A stretch of 64,000 bases of DNA, taken from positions 8,485 to 72,484 of the forward strand of contig JBBTUN010000006.1 of assembly GCA_038063735.1 (NCBI GenBank), in the 5' to 3' direction. Of the stretch, positions 12,404 through 21,345 are shown piece by piece. A model generated the notes under the pieces. The model was not told the DNA's origin, ran no database searches, and saw only the letters and a program-made list of their open reading frames with translations. Every line of letters begins with the position of its first letter. Position 1 is the stretch's first letter. The position numbers were made by a program, and so were the translations under genes. Source of the stretch: Patescibacteria group bacterium. Its GTDB lineage: Bacteria; Patescibacteriota; Microgenomatia; Curtissbacterales; GWA2-41-24.

Positions 12404-12430
12404 AATATAAATATAAATTTGCTGACGGAG

Positions 12431-12505
12431 CCCCTCTGAAATTGCGCCTTGAGCCGTGGCCGTGTATGAATAATACTGAAAAGGCGATAGGCAAAATTAG
12501 TGGGG
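12431..12505 (+). repeat. Copy A of a conserved ~70-nt structured element. It is followed (12506..12531) by an imperfect duplicate of the last ~25 nt of gyrB.
   Basis: The core cccc-aaatt-gcgcctYgagccgt-[variable]-tgaaaaggcgaWaggcaaaaWtYagYgggg is shared with 40893..40961. It has potential helices CCCC/GGGG and CGCCT/AGGCG. The downstream stretch gcaaagaatgcaactctagacatataa resembles the gyrB 3' end gcgaagtcagctactctagatatatga. Confidence 0.6.
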
Positions 12506-12532
12506 CAAAGAATGCAACTCTAGACATATAAC

Positions 12533-13063
12533 ATGGATTCACGCAGAAGGGAACAAACAGCCGTAGAGGAGAGGGGCGGGGCAAAAACAATTGAATTCCT
12601 GCAGAAATTTACGTTCTTCGATAAACCAATCCCGTCCAGTGATGATGAAATTATCGAAACTGCCGATATTGCATATAAAGACCGAGTGGTCGGCGGTTTG
12701 GTGGGCCGTATATTTACGAGTTCCGGAGAAAGAATTGCCGCAACAGGCGCACATATCGCATTTACAATCGACAAGAAAGATGACGAAGTAAATACAAATG
12801 CCGGTGTTACCAGACAATACGATCCGTTTGGAGCCAGGTTTGAAACATCTGTTTTTTACATGACTTTTTCGTCCGGACAAAAATATGCAAGCCTTGGCAC
12901 ACTCCAAGAATCTGGCAAAATTTCGTTTACGGACTGGATCGAGATTGACAAGAACGAAAATGAAGATAAAAACAAGGTCAAAAAATTATTACAACATAGG
13001 AAAGCTCAACCTCTACCATTTCGCTTGCACGAACTTATCGAAGCAAAATATAAAATAACATAA
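12533..13063 (+). CDS. Hypothetical protein encoded between gyrB and gyrA.
   Basis: 176-aa ORF with no recognisable motifs. It starts directly after repeat copy A and ends 2 nt before gyrA. Confidence 0.4.
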   Translation: MDSRRREQTAVEERGGAKTIEFLQKFTFFDKPIPSSDDEIIETADIAYKDRVVGGLVGRIFTSSGERIAATGAHIAFTIDKKDDEVNTNAGVTRQYDPFGARFETSVFYMTFSSGQKYASLGTLQESGKISFTDWIEIDKNENEDKNKVKKLLQHRKAQPLPFRLHELIEAKYKIT

Positions 13064-13065
13064 CC

Positions 13066-15618
13066 ATGGGCGATATAGGCAAAATATTAAAAGTAGAAAT
13101 AACCACAGAAATGCAAAAGTCCTATTTGGACTACGCCATGTCTGTTATCGTGGCGCGGGCCCTTCCCGATGTCCGCGACGGACTAAAACCTGTCCACAGA
13201 AGAATCATCTACGCAATGCAAAGAATGGGCATAACCCACAGCGCCCATTACAGTAAAAGCGCAAAAATAGTCGGGGAAGTTTTAGGTAAATACCATCCCC
13301 ACGGAGACGTTGCCGTGTACGATGCTATGGTGCGTATGGCCCAGGATTTTGCTATGCGTTATCAGCTTGTCCAGGGCCAGGGAAACTTTGGTTCTGTAGA
13401 CGGAGATTCGCCGGCCGCCATGCGTTACACCGAGGCCCGGCTCTCGTCAATTGCCGAAACCCTTCTTTACGACCTGGACAAAAACACTGTCGATTTTGTC
13501 GACAATTACGATGGTAACCACAAAGAACCTGTATTTTTACCGGCAGTTCTTCCTAACCTTTTAATTAACGGTGCATCCGGAATTGCCGTTGGTATGGCAA
13601 CAAATATTCCGCCACACAATCTAAACGAAATTGTCGACGCCACCATTCACCTTGTTAAAAACCCCGAAGCATCAGTGGAAGAATTAATGGAATTTGTTAA
13701 GGGTCCGGACTTTCCAACCGGTGCTCAAATATTTGATATCACAGAAATAATTGCAGCCTACGCGACCGGCCGCGGCAAAATAATGATGAGAGCAAAAGCA
13801 GATATCGAAGAAACTAAATCGGGTCGCTTCCAAATAATTATCACCGAAATCCCATACCAGGTAAACAAAGCAAACCTTGTCACCAGAATCGCAGAACTCG
13901 TTAAAGATAAAAAATTGGATGGCATTTCGGATCTCCGCGATGAATCTGACCGTAAAGGTATGCGAATCGTAGTCGAACTGAAAAAAGATGCACGGCCAAA
14001 ATCTGTTCTAAATAATTTGTATAAACACACGGCTCTGCAACAATCTTTCCCAGTCAACATGGTAGCGCTCATCGAAGGCACACCCCAAACATGTACCTTA
14101 AAAATGATCCTTGAGCAATTTATTAAACACAGAAAAAATGTCATTACAAGAAGAAGTAAATTCGAACTGGAAGAAGCCAAAAAAAGAGAACACATATTAG
14201 AAGGCCTAAAAATCGCCGTTGACAATATTGACGAGGTTATCGAAACAATCAAAAAGAGTAAAGACCAAACGGACGCCAAGGTCAATCTTATGTCCCGCTT
14301 TAAACTCTCCGAAATCCAGTCGCTGGCAATTCTGGATATGCAGCTCAAGCGCCTGGCTGCTCTCGAGCGACAAAAAATCGAAGAAGAACTGGCAATGGTT
14401 AGAGAAGAAATCGCCTATCTTGAGGACCTGCTTGCCCATCCGGAAAAAATCCTGGAAGTTGCCAAAAGCGAGCTCGTAAAGCTTAAAGAGAAATATGGGG
14501 ATGTCAGAAAAACTAAGGTATTCAAACAAAAAATAGGTGAATTTTCCGAAGAAGACTTAATCGCCAACGAACCAACAATTGTCACGTTTACAGAAGGCGG
14601 TTATGTAAAGCGTCAGGACCCGGCTTCATTTAGAACCCAAAGACGAGGGGGCAAAGGTATCTCCGGAATCACTACAAAAGAAGAAGACATTGTCAGCCAG
14701 TTATTCGTCGCGCAAACTCATGATAACCTTTTATTCTTTACCGACAAGGGTAGGGTGTTCCAATTAAAAGTTTATGAGGTACCGGAATCGTCCCGGGTCG
14801 CAAAGGGCGGAGCCGTAGTCAATCTCATCGAGCTTCAACAAGGCGAAAAAGTCCTCTCCGTACTTCCTATCAAAAAACATACAGACAAGGACGGCGAAAA
14901 ACCAAAATTTGTCGTCATGGCGACCCGTCACGGTGTTATCAAAAAAACAGCCATCCTGGCATATGAGTCAATCCGCCGCTCCGGCATCATTGCCATCAAG
15001 CTCACGGCCGGGGATCAATTATGTTGGGCAAGACTTACAAAAGGCGAGGACACAATTTTATTGGTTTCTCAAAAAGGTATGTCGATAAAGTTTAAAGAGA
15101 CCGATGTAAGACCAATGGCCCGCGACACCATGGGGGTAAGAGGAATCAAATTAAAAACAGGCGACGTGTTAATCGGGATGGATGCGATCGATAAAGAAGA
15201 CATAAAAGCAGAACTTTTGGTAATTACCGAAAAAGGCATTGGTAAAAAAACATCAGTTGACGCTTGGCCCAGGCAACTGCGCGGGGGCGTAGGTGTTAAA
15301 GCCGCAAATCTTACGGATAAAACCGGCAATATCGTTACCGCGCAAATTTTAACTAAAGACGATGAAGGCCTAATCTTAACATCCAAAAGAGGCCAGGTTA
15401 TGAGAACAACAATCAGGTCTGTTCCACGCTTAACTCGCGATACGCAGGGAGTAATAATAATGAGACTTACCAAAGAAGATAAGGTGGCAGCAGCAACCAT
15501 TGTTAAAAAGAAAAAGGATGAAGAAGTAGAAGGACTGGAGATAGAGAAAAAGGCCACCCAGAAGGCAACAAGTCCTGCTAAAAAGCTGAAAGCTCCACCT
15601 GCAAATAAAAATAAATGA
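13066..15618 (+). CDS. gyrA: DNA gyrase subunit A.
   Basis: 850 aa. The N-terminus reads [24 protein letters not shown], and there are the active-site Tyr region and C-terminal beta-pinwheel repeats. Confidence 0.95.
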   Translation: MGDIGKILKVEITTEMQKSYLDYAMSVIVARALPDVRDGLKPVHRRIIYAMQRMGITHSAHYSKSAKIVGEVLGKYHPHGDVAVYDAMVRMAQDFAMRYQLVQGQGNFGSVDGDSPAAMRYTEARLSSIAETLLYDLDKNTVDFVDNYDGNHKEPVFLPAVLPNLLINGASGIAVGMATNIPPHNLNEIVDATIHLVKNPEASVEELMEFVKGPDFPTGAQIFDITEIIAAYATGRGKIMMRAKADIEETKSGRFQIIITEIPYQVNKANLVTRIAELVKDKKLDGISDLRDESDRKGMRIVVELKKDARPKSVLNNLYKHTALQQSFPVNMVALIEGTPQTCTLKMILEQFIKHRKNVITRRSKFELEEAKKREHILEGLKIAVDNIDEVIETIKKSKDQTDAKVNLMSRFKLSEIQSLAILDMQLKRLAALERQKIEEELAMVREEIAYLEDLLAHPEKILEVAKSELVKLKEKYGDVRKTKVFKQKIGEFSEEDLIANEPTIVTFTEGGYVKRQDPASFRTQRRGGKGISGITTKEEDIVSQLFVAQTHDNLLFFTDKGRVFQLKVYEVPESSRVAKGGAVVNLIELQQGEKVLSVLPIKKHTDKDGEKPKFVVMATRHGVIKKTAILAYESIRRSGIIAIKLTAGDQLCWARLTKGEDTILLVSQKGMSIKFKETDVRPMARDTMGVRGIKLKTGDVLIGMDAIDKEDIKAELLVITEKGIGKKTSVDAWPRQLRGGVGVKAANLTDKTGNIVTAQILTKDDEGLILTSKRGQVMRTTIRSVPRLTRDTQGVIIMRLTKEDKVAAATIVKKKKDEEVEGLEIEKKATQKATSPAKKLKAPPANKNK

Positions 15619-15648
15619 TAAGAATGCTATCAAAAAGTTCACCGACGC

Positions 15649-15675
15649 CAGAAGCCTCAAGGCTTCTTTTTTTTA
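15649..15675 (+). terminator. Rho-independent terminator after gyrA.
   Basis: A gaagcctcaaggcttc hairpin followed by a run of 8 T. Confidence 0.6.
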
Positions 15676-15744
15676 AATATACTCCCGTCACAGATTTCTT
15701 TCTTCATTGTGTAGTTGGCGTTTTTGAACTTACTAAAAAATTGT

Positions 15745-15830
15745 AGGGAAACGGGAACTGACCAACGGGAATTCCCGAGAGCCCTGCGATTTTTTAGCAT
15801 TAGTTCAACAGCCAACGGAACTCTGAACGA
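15745..15830 (+). promoter_or_regulatory. carAB leader with three AACGG(G)AAYT direct repeats and a cgggaattcccg palindrome followed by a T-run. A PyrR-like attenuator is possible.
   Basis: aacgggaact, aacgggaatt and aacggaactc were read in the sequence. UUCCCGAGAGCC loosely resembles the PyrR-binding loop consensus UCCNGNGAGG. Confidence 0.25.
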
Positions 15831-15838
15831 AAAAATCT

Positions 15839-16915
15839 GTGACAAAAAATGAAACTATGAACGCAAAACTAATTTTAGAAGACGGAACTATTTTCCAAGG
15901 CGAAGCACGAGGCTATAAAAGTTCCACAAGCGGAGAAGTAGTTTTTACAACTGGTATGGTTGGCTACGATCTTTCATTAACAGATCCTTCATTTAGAGGA
16001 CAAATTTTAACCTTTACCTATCCGCTTATCGGCAATTGGGGTGTTCCGCCAAAAAAATTCTGGGAATCAGAAAAAATTCACACAAAAGGGATAATTATCG
16101 GTGACCTGACAGACAAACCGGACCATTGGCAAAGCGAAAAAACCTTGGAGCAGTGGCTTATCGAGAATAAAGTGCCGACGATCGTAAACATCGATACTCG
16201 CGCGCTTACTCAAAAACTAAGAGACCACGGAGTAATGCTTGGGAAAATTGTCGTTGATGGTAAAGATATTGAATTTGACGACCCCAACAGAAGAAACTTA
16301 GTTGCGGAAGTATCACTAGCAAAGGTTAGGGTCCATAACCCAAATGGTAAAGGACCAAAGATAGCGCTACTTAACTGCGGTGCAAAAAGAAACATAGTCA
16401 ACTGCCTAACCAAAAGAGGCGCAACGGTTTACGAACTTCCCTGGAACTATGACCCGTTTGCAAATAACTTAAAATTTGATGGTCTTGTAATTTCCAATGG
16501 CCCCGGAGACCCAAAGATGGCCACAGACACTATTAATATAATAAGGAAGGCTCTTGATAAGAAATTACCTACATTCGGAATATGCCTAGGGAATCAGTTG
16601 CTAGCGCTAGCCGCAGGAGGCGATACTTATAAATTAAAATTTGGCCACAGATCGCAAAATCAGCCAACACTTCAAGTTGGAACAAAAAGGTGTTATATCA
16701 CAACTCAAAACCACGGTTATGCGGTTAATGAGAAAAAGTTACCAAAAGGCTTTAAGCCTTGGTTTATAAACGCTAACGACAATACAAATGAAGGAATAAT
16801 CCACGAAAAACTACCGTTTTTTTCCGTCCAATTCCACCCCGAAGCAGCCCCCGGACCTACAGATACCGAATTTTTATTCGACTTTTTCCTAAATAAAGTG
16901 AAAAAAAACAAATGA
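15839..16915 (+). CDS. carA: Carbamoyl-phosphate synthase small (glutaminase) subunit.
   Basis: 358 aa with a typical CarA N-terminus and a class I glutamine amidotransferase C-terminus (GICLGNQLL with the catalytic Cys). Confidence 0.9.
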   Translation: MTKNETMNAKLILEDGTIFQGEARGYKSSTSGEVVFTTGMVGYDLSLTDPSFRGQILTFTYPLIGNWGVPPKKFWESEKIHTKGIIIGDLTDKPDHWQSEKTLEQWLIENKVPTIVNIDTRALTQKLRDHGVMLGKIVVDGKDIEFDDPNRRNLVAEVSLAKVRVHNPNGKGPKIALLNCGAKRNIVNCLTKRGATVYELPWNYDPFANNLKFDGLVISNGPGDPKMATDTINIIRKALDKKLPTFGICLGNQLLALAAGGDTYKLKFGHRSQNQPTLQVGTKRCYITTQNHGYAVNEKKLPKGFKPWFINANDNTNEGIIHEKLPFFSVQFHPEAAPGPTDTEFLFDFFLNKVKKNK

Positions 16916-19900
16916 AAATTTTACTACTCGGCTCAGGCGCCCTAAAAATTGGCCAGGCCGGAGAATTCGACTATTCCGGTTCCCAGGCAATAAAAGCCCT
17001 CAAAGAAGAAGGCCACGAAGTTCTTTTAATTAATCCCAACATAGCTACCATTCAAACCTCCCAGGGTTTTGCCGACAAAGTTTTTTTCCTACCGGTAGAA
17101 CCTTACTTTGTTGCAAAAATAATTGAAGATGAAAAACCGGATGCTATTCTTCTTTCTTTTGGTGGACAAACTGCCCTAAACTGTGGCCTGGAACTTGCAA
17201 AAAAAGGTCTATTTAAAAAGTACAACGTAAAAGTCCTTGGAACAGGAGTAGATGCTATCGAAACCACAGAAGACAGGGAACTGTTTGTAAAATCCCTTAA
17301 CAAAATAGGCGCGCGTACCCCCAACAGCTTTGCCGCCAAAAACCTACAGGAAGCAAAAACTTACGCCCAAAAAATTGGCTATCCCGTTATGATCAGAAGC
17401 GCTTTTTCCCTGGGAGGTCAGGATTCGGGTATCGCCGCAAATCCAAAAGACCTAAAGGAAATTGTCTCCCGCTCTTTGTCTAAAGTAAAACAAGTCTTAA
17501 TAGAAGAATATTTACTAAATTGGAAAGAAATTGAATACGAGATAGTAAGAGACAAAAACGACAATTGCATAACCGTTTGCAACATGGAAAACATTGACCC
17601 TATGGGCATTCACACCGGAGAGTCCATTGTAGTCGCCCCATCCCAAACCTTAAATAACTACGAGTATCACACCCTCAGGGAAATAGCTATCAATGTAATA
17701 CGACACCTCGGCGTAGTAGGTGAGTGTAATATCCAATTCGCATTGAATCCAAACCCGCAAATGTCAACAGGACCCGCGCTGGATTATCGCATCATCGAAG
17801 TCAACGCCCGCCTCTCCAGGTCATCTGCGTTAGCATCAAAGGCAACCGGCTATCCTCTTGCCTACGTTGCAACAAAACTGGCACTCGGTTACTCGCTTAC
17901 AGAAATAAAAAATTCGGTAACGCAAAAAACTATCGCGTGCTTTGAGCCTGCTCTTGATTATCTGATTGTAAAATTTCCAAGATGGGATCTAACTAAATTT
18001 GTAAAAAGCAACCACCTTATCGGTTCATCGATGCAATCGGTAGGGGAAGTAATGGCAATAGGTCGTAAATTCGAAGAAGCAATTCAAAAAGCGGCCCGAA
18101 TGTTAGACCTTGGACTGGAAGGGATAACCGACGACAACATTCCAAATGCAGATTATAAAGAACCAACCCCCTGGAGACTCTTTAAAATTGCCCAAAAAAT
18201 CAAAGACGGCCAGCCAATAGAAAAAATAGCCGGGGCAACAGGCATAAATAAATTTTTCTTAGAAAAAATAAAAAATATCACAGATGCCGAAAATAATCTC
18301 AAAAATAAAAAAACCTTAACTCGCGAAAAGTTACTAAATTTAAAACAACTTGGATTTTCAGATAAACGCATTTCAACGCTATTAGACTCAACAAACCAAA
18401 AGGTCAAATCGTTAAGAGACAAATACAAAATCGCACCCGTAACAAAACAAATAGATACGCTTGCCGCTGAATACCCCGCACAAACAAACTATCTTTATCT
18501 CACATACAACGGCACAAAAGACGACATCGATTCAAACTCCAAATCACAAACTTCAAATACCAAACAATATCAAAATCAAAAACTTCAAACACCAAACAGA
18601 TCTAAAGAAGCTGATTTTGGAAATTGGAAATTGGAAATTGGAAATTCTGGCAAAGTCCTTATTTTGGGCTCCGGCCCATACCGGATCGGCTCATCAGTCG
18701 AATTCGATTGGTGTTCCGTAACTTCTGCTATAAGTGCAAAAGAAAATGGCTTCCTGCCTATTGTTATTAACTGTAATCCCGAGACCGTATCAACAGATTT
18801 TGATATGGCCGAAAGGTTATATTTTGAAGAGCTATCCGAAGAAACCGTACTGGAAATTTACAAAAAAGAAAATCCGCTTGGGGTCATTGTTTCAATGGGA
18901 GGCCAAAAACCAAATAACCTCACACCATATTTAGCCAGAGCCGGTGTAAACATTTTAGGTACAAGCCCCGCCTCAATAGACAACGCAGAAGACAGAGACA
19001 AGTTTTCAAAACTCTGCGACGATTTAGAGATTAGTCAACCACCTTGGGCAAAATTAAAAAGCACAGAAGACGCATTAAAATTTGCAAACTCGATTAAATA
19101 TCCTGTTTTAGTACGGCCCTCCTACGTACTTTCCGGGGCTGCAATGAATGTTGCATTCAACGCCCAAGACCTAAGCGAGTACTTAAGTCTTGCCAGTAAC
19201 GTTTCAAAAGAACACCCTGTGGTAATTTCCAAATTTATTCAAAACGCAAAAGAATTAGAAATAGATGCGGTGGCGTCCGGCGGCAATATCATTTGTCAGG
19301 CAATTTCCGAACACGTAGAAAATGCCGGTGTTCATTCCGGTGATTCTACACTCGTTCTCCCTGCCCAAAAACTATATATTCAAACCGTAAAAAAGGTTAA
19401 GGAAACTGCTGCCAAAATCGCCAAAAGCCTAAATATTTCCGGCCCGTTTAACATTCAATTTCTGGCGATCGACAACGAAATTATGGTTATAGAATGCAAT
19501 CTAAGGGCAAGCAGAAGTCTTCCGTTTGTCTCAAAAGTCTTAGGAACAAATTACGCGAAACTTGCAACCCAAGCTATATTGGGCTTGAATCCAAAACCAA
19601 TAAATAAAAAACTGCCAACCACTTATGTGGCAGTCAAAGCTCCTCAATTTTCATTTTCCAGAATCAAAGGCGCAGACCCCGTTCTTAGAGTAGAAATGTC
19701 TTCAACCGGAGAAGTAGCCTGCTTCGGGGATGACACAAGCGAAGCATTTCTGAAATCAATTATCGCAACAGGAACAACTTTACCCAAAAAAGCTGTCTTC
19801 ATTTCTTTAGCAGGAGACGAAAACAAAGCCAAGTTCTTGGACAGTGCCAAAACCCTAAATACCATAGGGCTAAAAATTTATGCCACAGCCGGCACCACAG

Positions 19901-20202
19901 CTTTTTTCAAAAAAAACGGGGTAGAGGCAACCATGCTATATAAAATTTATGAAAAGAAAAAGCCGAACGTTTTAAACGTGTTGCATTCTAAAAAAGTTGA
20001 CCTGGTAATTAATATCTTTGACCCATACTTTAAAAAAGAGTTCGATGATGACTACCAAATTCGAAGAACAACCATTGACTACGCAATTCCGCTACTCACC
20101 AATATGCAAACGGCCGAACTTTTCGTCCAAAGTATCAAAGAAAAAAAACTCAGTGATTTAAAAACTAAACCCTGGCAATCATACGTCAAATTTCAGAATT
20201 AA
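16912..20202 (+). CDS. carB: Carbamoyl-phosphate synthase large subunit.
   Basis: 1096 aa with two ATP-grasp halves and an MGS-like C-terminus. It carries a ~35-aa low-complexity insertion at the domain linker. Confidence 0.95.
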   Translation: MKILLLGSGALKIGQAGEFDYSGSQAIKALKEEGHEVLLINPNIATIQTSQGFADKVFFLPVEPYFVAKIIEDEKPDAILLSFGGQTALNCGLELAKKGLFKKYNVKVLGTGVDAIETTEDRELFVKSLNKIGARTPNSFAAKNLQEAKTYAQKIGYPVMIRSAFSLGGQDSGIAANPKDLKEIVSRSLSKVKQVLIEEYLLNWKEIEYEIVRDKNDNCITVCNMENIDPMGIHTGESIVVAPSQTLNNYEYHTLREIAINVIRHLGVVGECNIQFALNPNPQMSTGPALDYRIIEVNARLSRSSALASKATGYPLAYVATKLALGYSLTEIKNSVTQKTIACFEPALDYLIVKFPRWDLTKFVKSNHLIGSSMQSVGEVMAIGRKFEEAIQKAARMLDLGLEGITDDNIPNADYKEPTPWRLFKIAQKIKDGQPIEKIAGATGINKFFLEKIKNITDAENNLKNKKTLTREKLLNLKQLGFSDKRISTLLDSTNQKVKSLRDKYKIAPVTKQIDTLAAEYPAQTNYLYLTYNGTKDDIDSNSKSQTSNTKQYQNQKLQTPNRSKEADFGNWKLEIGNSGKVLILGSGPYRIGSSVEFDWCSVTSAISAKENGFLPIVINCNPETVSTDFDMAERLYFEELSEETVLEIYKKENPLGVIVSMGGQKPNNLTPYLARAGVNILGTSPASIDNAEDRDKFSKLCDDLEISQPPWAKLKSTEDALKFANSIKYPVLVRPSYVLSGAAMNVAFNAQDLSEYLSLASNVSKEHPVVISKFIQNAKELEIDAVASGGNIICQAISEHVENAGVHSGDSTLVLPAQKLYIQTVKKVKETAAKIAKSLNISGPFNIQFLAIDNEIMVIECNLRASRSLPFVSKVLGTNYAKLATQAILGLNPKPINKKLPTTYVAVKAPQFSFSRIKGADPVLRVEMSSTGEVACFGDDTSEAFLKSIIATGTTLPKKAVFISLAGDENKAKFLDSAKTLNTIGLKIYATAGTTAFFKKNGVEATMLYKIYEKKKPNVLNVLHSKKVDLVINIFDPYFKKEFDDDYQIRRTTIDYAIPLLTNMQTAELFVQSIKEKKLSDLKTKPWQSYVKFQN
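18619..18646 (+). repeat. (GGAAATT) x4 tandem repeat inside the carB linker insertion.
   Basis: ggaaattggaaattggaaattggaaatt encodes GNWKLEIGN. Upstream are CAAA-rich low-complexity codons (KSQTSNTKQYQNQKLQTPN). Confidence 0.7.
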
Positions 20203-21166
20203 CCTTCTTGTCAACGTAATTACCAACTTGACCATTTCCGCTATGAAAAGCCTTATGGACATCTTTAAGCTGAGAATTGGTAACGTGCGTGTAAATTTGT
20301 GTGGTAGCCACATTTTTATGGCCCAACATTTCCTGGACAGATCTTAGATCCGCTCCGTTTATTAAAAGATCAGTAGCAAAAGAATGTCGCAAAACATGCG
20401 GAGTAGCTTTAACAGGCAATCGAGCAGATTTGACATATTTTTCTACCATACGCTGGACAGAACGTGATGTTAATCTCATTTCTTCACTGCCAAGCGTTGG
20501 GTCGAGGCTGCCGGAATAACGAATGAAGAGTGGCTTAAACATATCTTTTCTTTTTTCCAAATACTTTCCTACCCATAGAGCAGCCCTGTCCGAAATAAAC
20601 ACAATCCTTTGTTTTTGCCCCTTGCCAATAATTCCAAATTCACGTCTCTCGAGGTTAATTGAGTCACGGTTTAATTTGCAAAGCTCCGAGACACGAAGAC
20701 CTGTCGAAAATAACATTTCAAGAAGTGACTTATCGCGGACTCCAGGTTCTGAGCTTACGTCTGGCTGGGCAAGTAACCGCTCCAACTGATCCCTATCCAA
20801 AAACTTTAATGACCTGCTTTCTGCCTTCGGCAATTCAATTTTGTCCGGCGTAACAACTTTTAAATCCTTCTTAACCAAATAGCGCAAAAAGGATCGCAGT
20901 GAAATAACATAATAATTTTGGGTAACCTTTTTTAGGGGCAAATTACCGTTCGTGCTTAAAAAGTGGGCTAAATACACTCGATACTTCCTTATTAAATCGA
21001 CTGTTAAGTCTTGAGGCTTGGAAATAGGCGCATTTCCCTTCTGCCAATCGTCAAAAAACTCCAAGTAATGTCGATAGTCGCGAATAGTAAGAGGGGAGAG
21101 GTTTCGCTCAATTTCGCAATATTCTAAGAAGTCGATGATCTGGGCAGTTAAATCAAACATAAACAA
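20186..21166 (-). CDS. Tyrosine site-specific recombinase, XerC/XerD-like.
   Basis: 326 aa with an N-terminal SAM-like domain. The C-terminus reads HVLRHSFATDLLINGADLRSVQEMLGHKNVATTQIYTHV, giving the R..HxxR..Y catalytic residues. It overlaps the carB end by 17 nt. Confidence 0.85.
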   Translation of the reverse strand: MFMFDLTAQIIDFLEYCEIERNLSPLTIRDYRHYLEFFDDWQKGNAPISKPQDLTVDLIRKYRVYLAHFLSTNGNLPLKKVTQNYYVISLRSFLRYLVKKDLKVVTPDKIELPKAESRSLKFLDRDQLERLLAQPDVSSEPGVRDKSLLEMLFSTGLRVSELCKLNRDSINLERREFGIIGKGQKQRIVFISDRAALWVGKYLEKRKDMFKPLFIRYSGSLDPTLGSEEMRLTSRSVQRMVEKYVKSARLPVKATPHVLRHSFATDLLINGADLRSVQEMLGHKNVATTQIYTHVTNSQLKDVHKAFHSGNGQVGNYVDKKVNSEI

Positions 21167-21196
21167 TCTAGCAATATAACAATCTTCTATTTATTA

Positions 21197-21236
21197 TCGT
21201 CGCAAAAGGGCAGGGAAGTCAACAATGTGCGACGTA
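21197..21236 (+). promoter_or_regulatory. Conserved hairpin motif, copy 1 (cgtcgcaaaag...caatgtgcgacgta), in the divergent xer / lipoprotein promoter region.
   Basis: 7-bp inverted repeat cgtcgca/tgcgacg with conserved flanks, repeated at 24106..24136. Confidence 0.5.
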
Positions 21237-21345
21237 TAAACGCACGTCCTGAGCAAAGTCGAAGGATTCTGCGACACACCCAATCTAAAATTAAAGGTAT
21301 CAAATCTAGATAATCAACTCTACAGTTTAAAAAAGAACCTATAGT

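Noticed and set aside
21197-21236. Xer dif site next to the xerC/D-like gene.
   Set aside because: It has 7-bp arms with a 20-nt loop. That does not fit the 11-6-11 architecture of dif sites.
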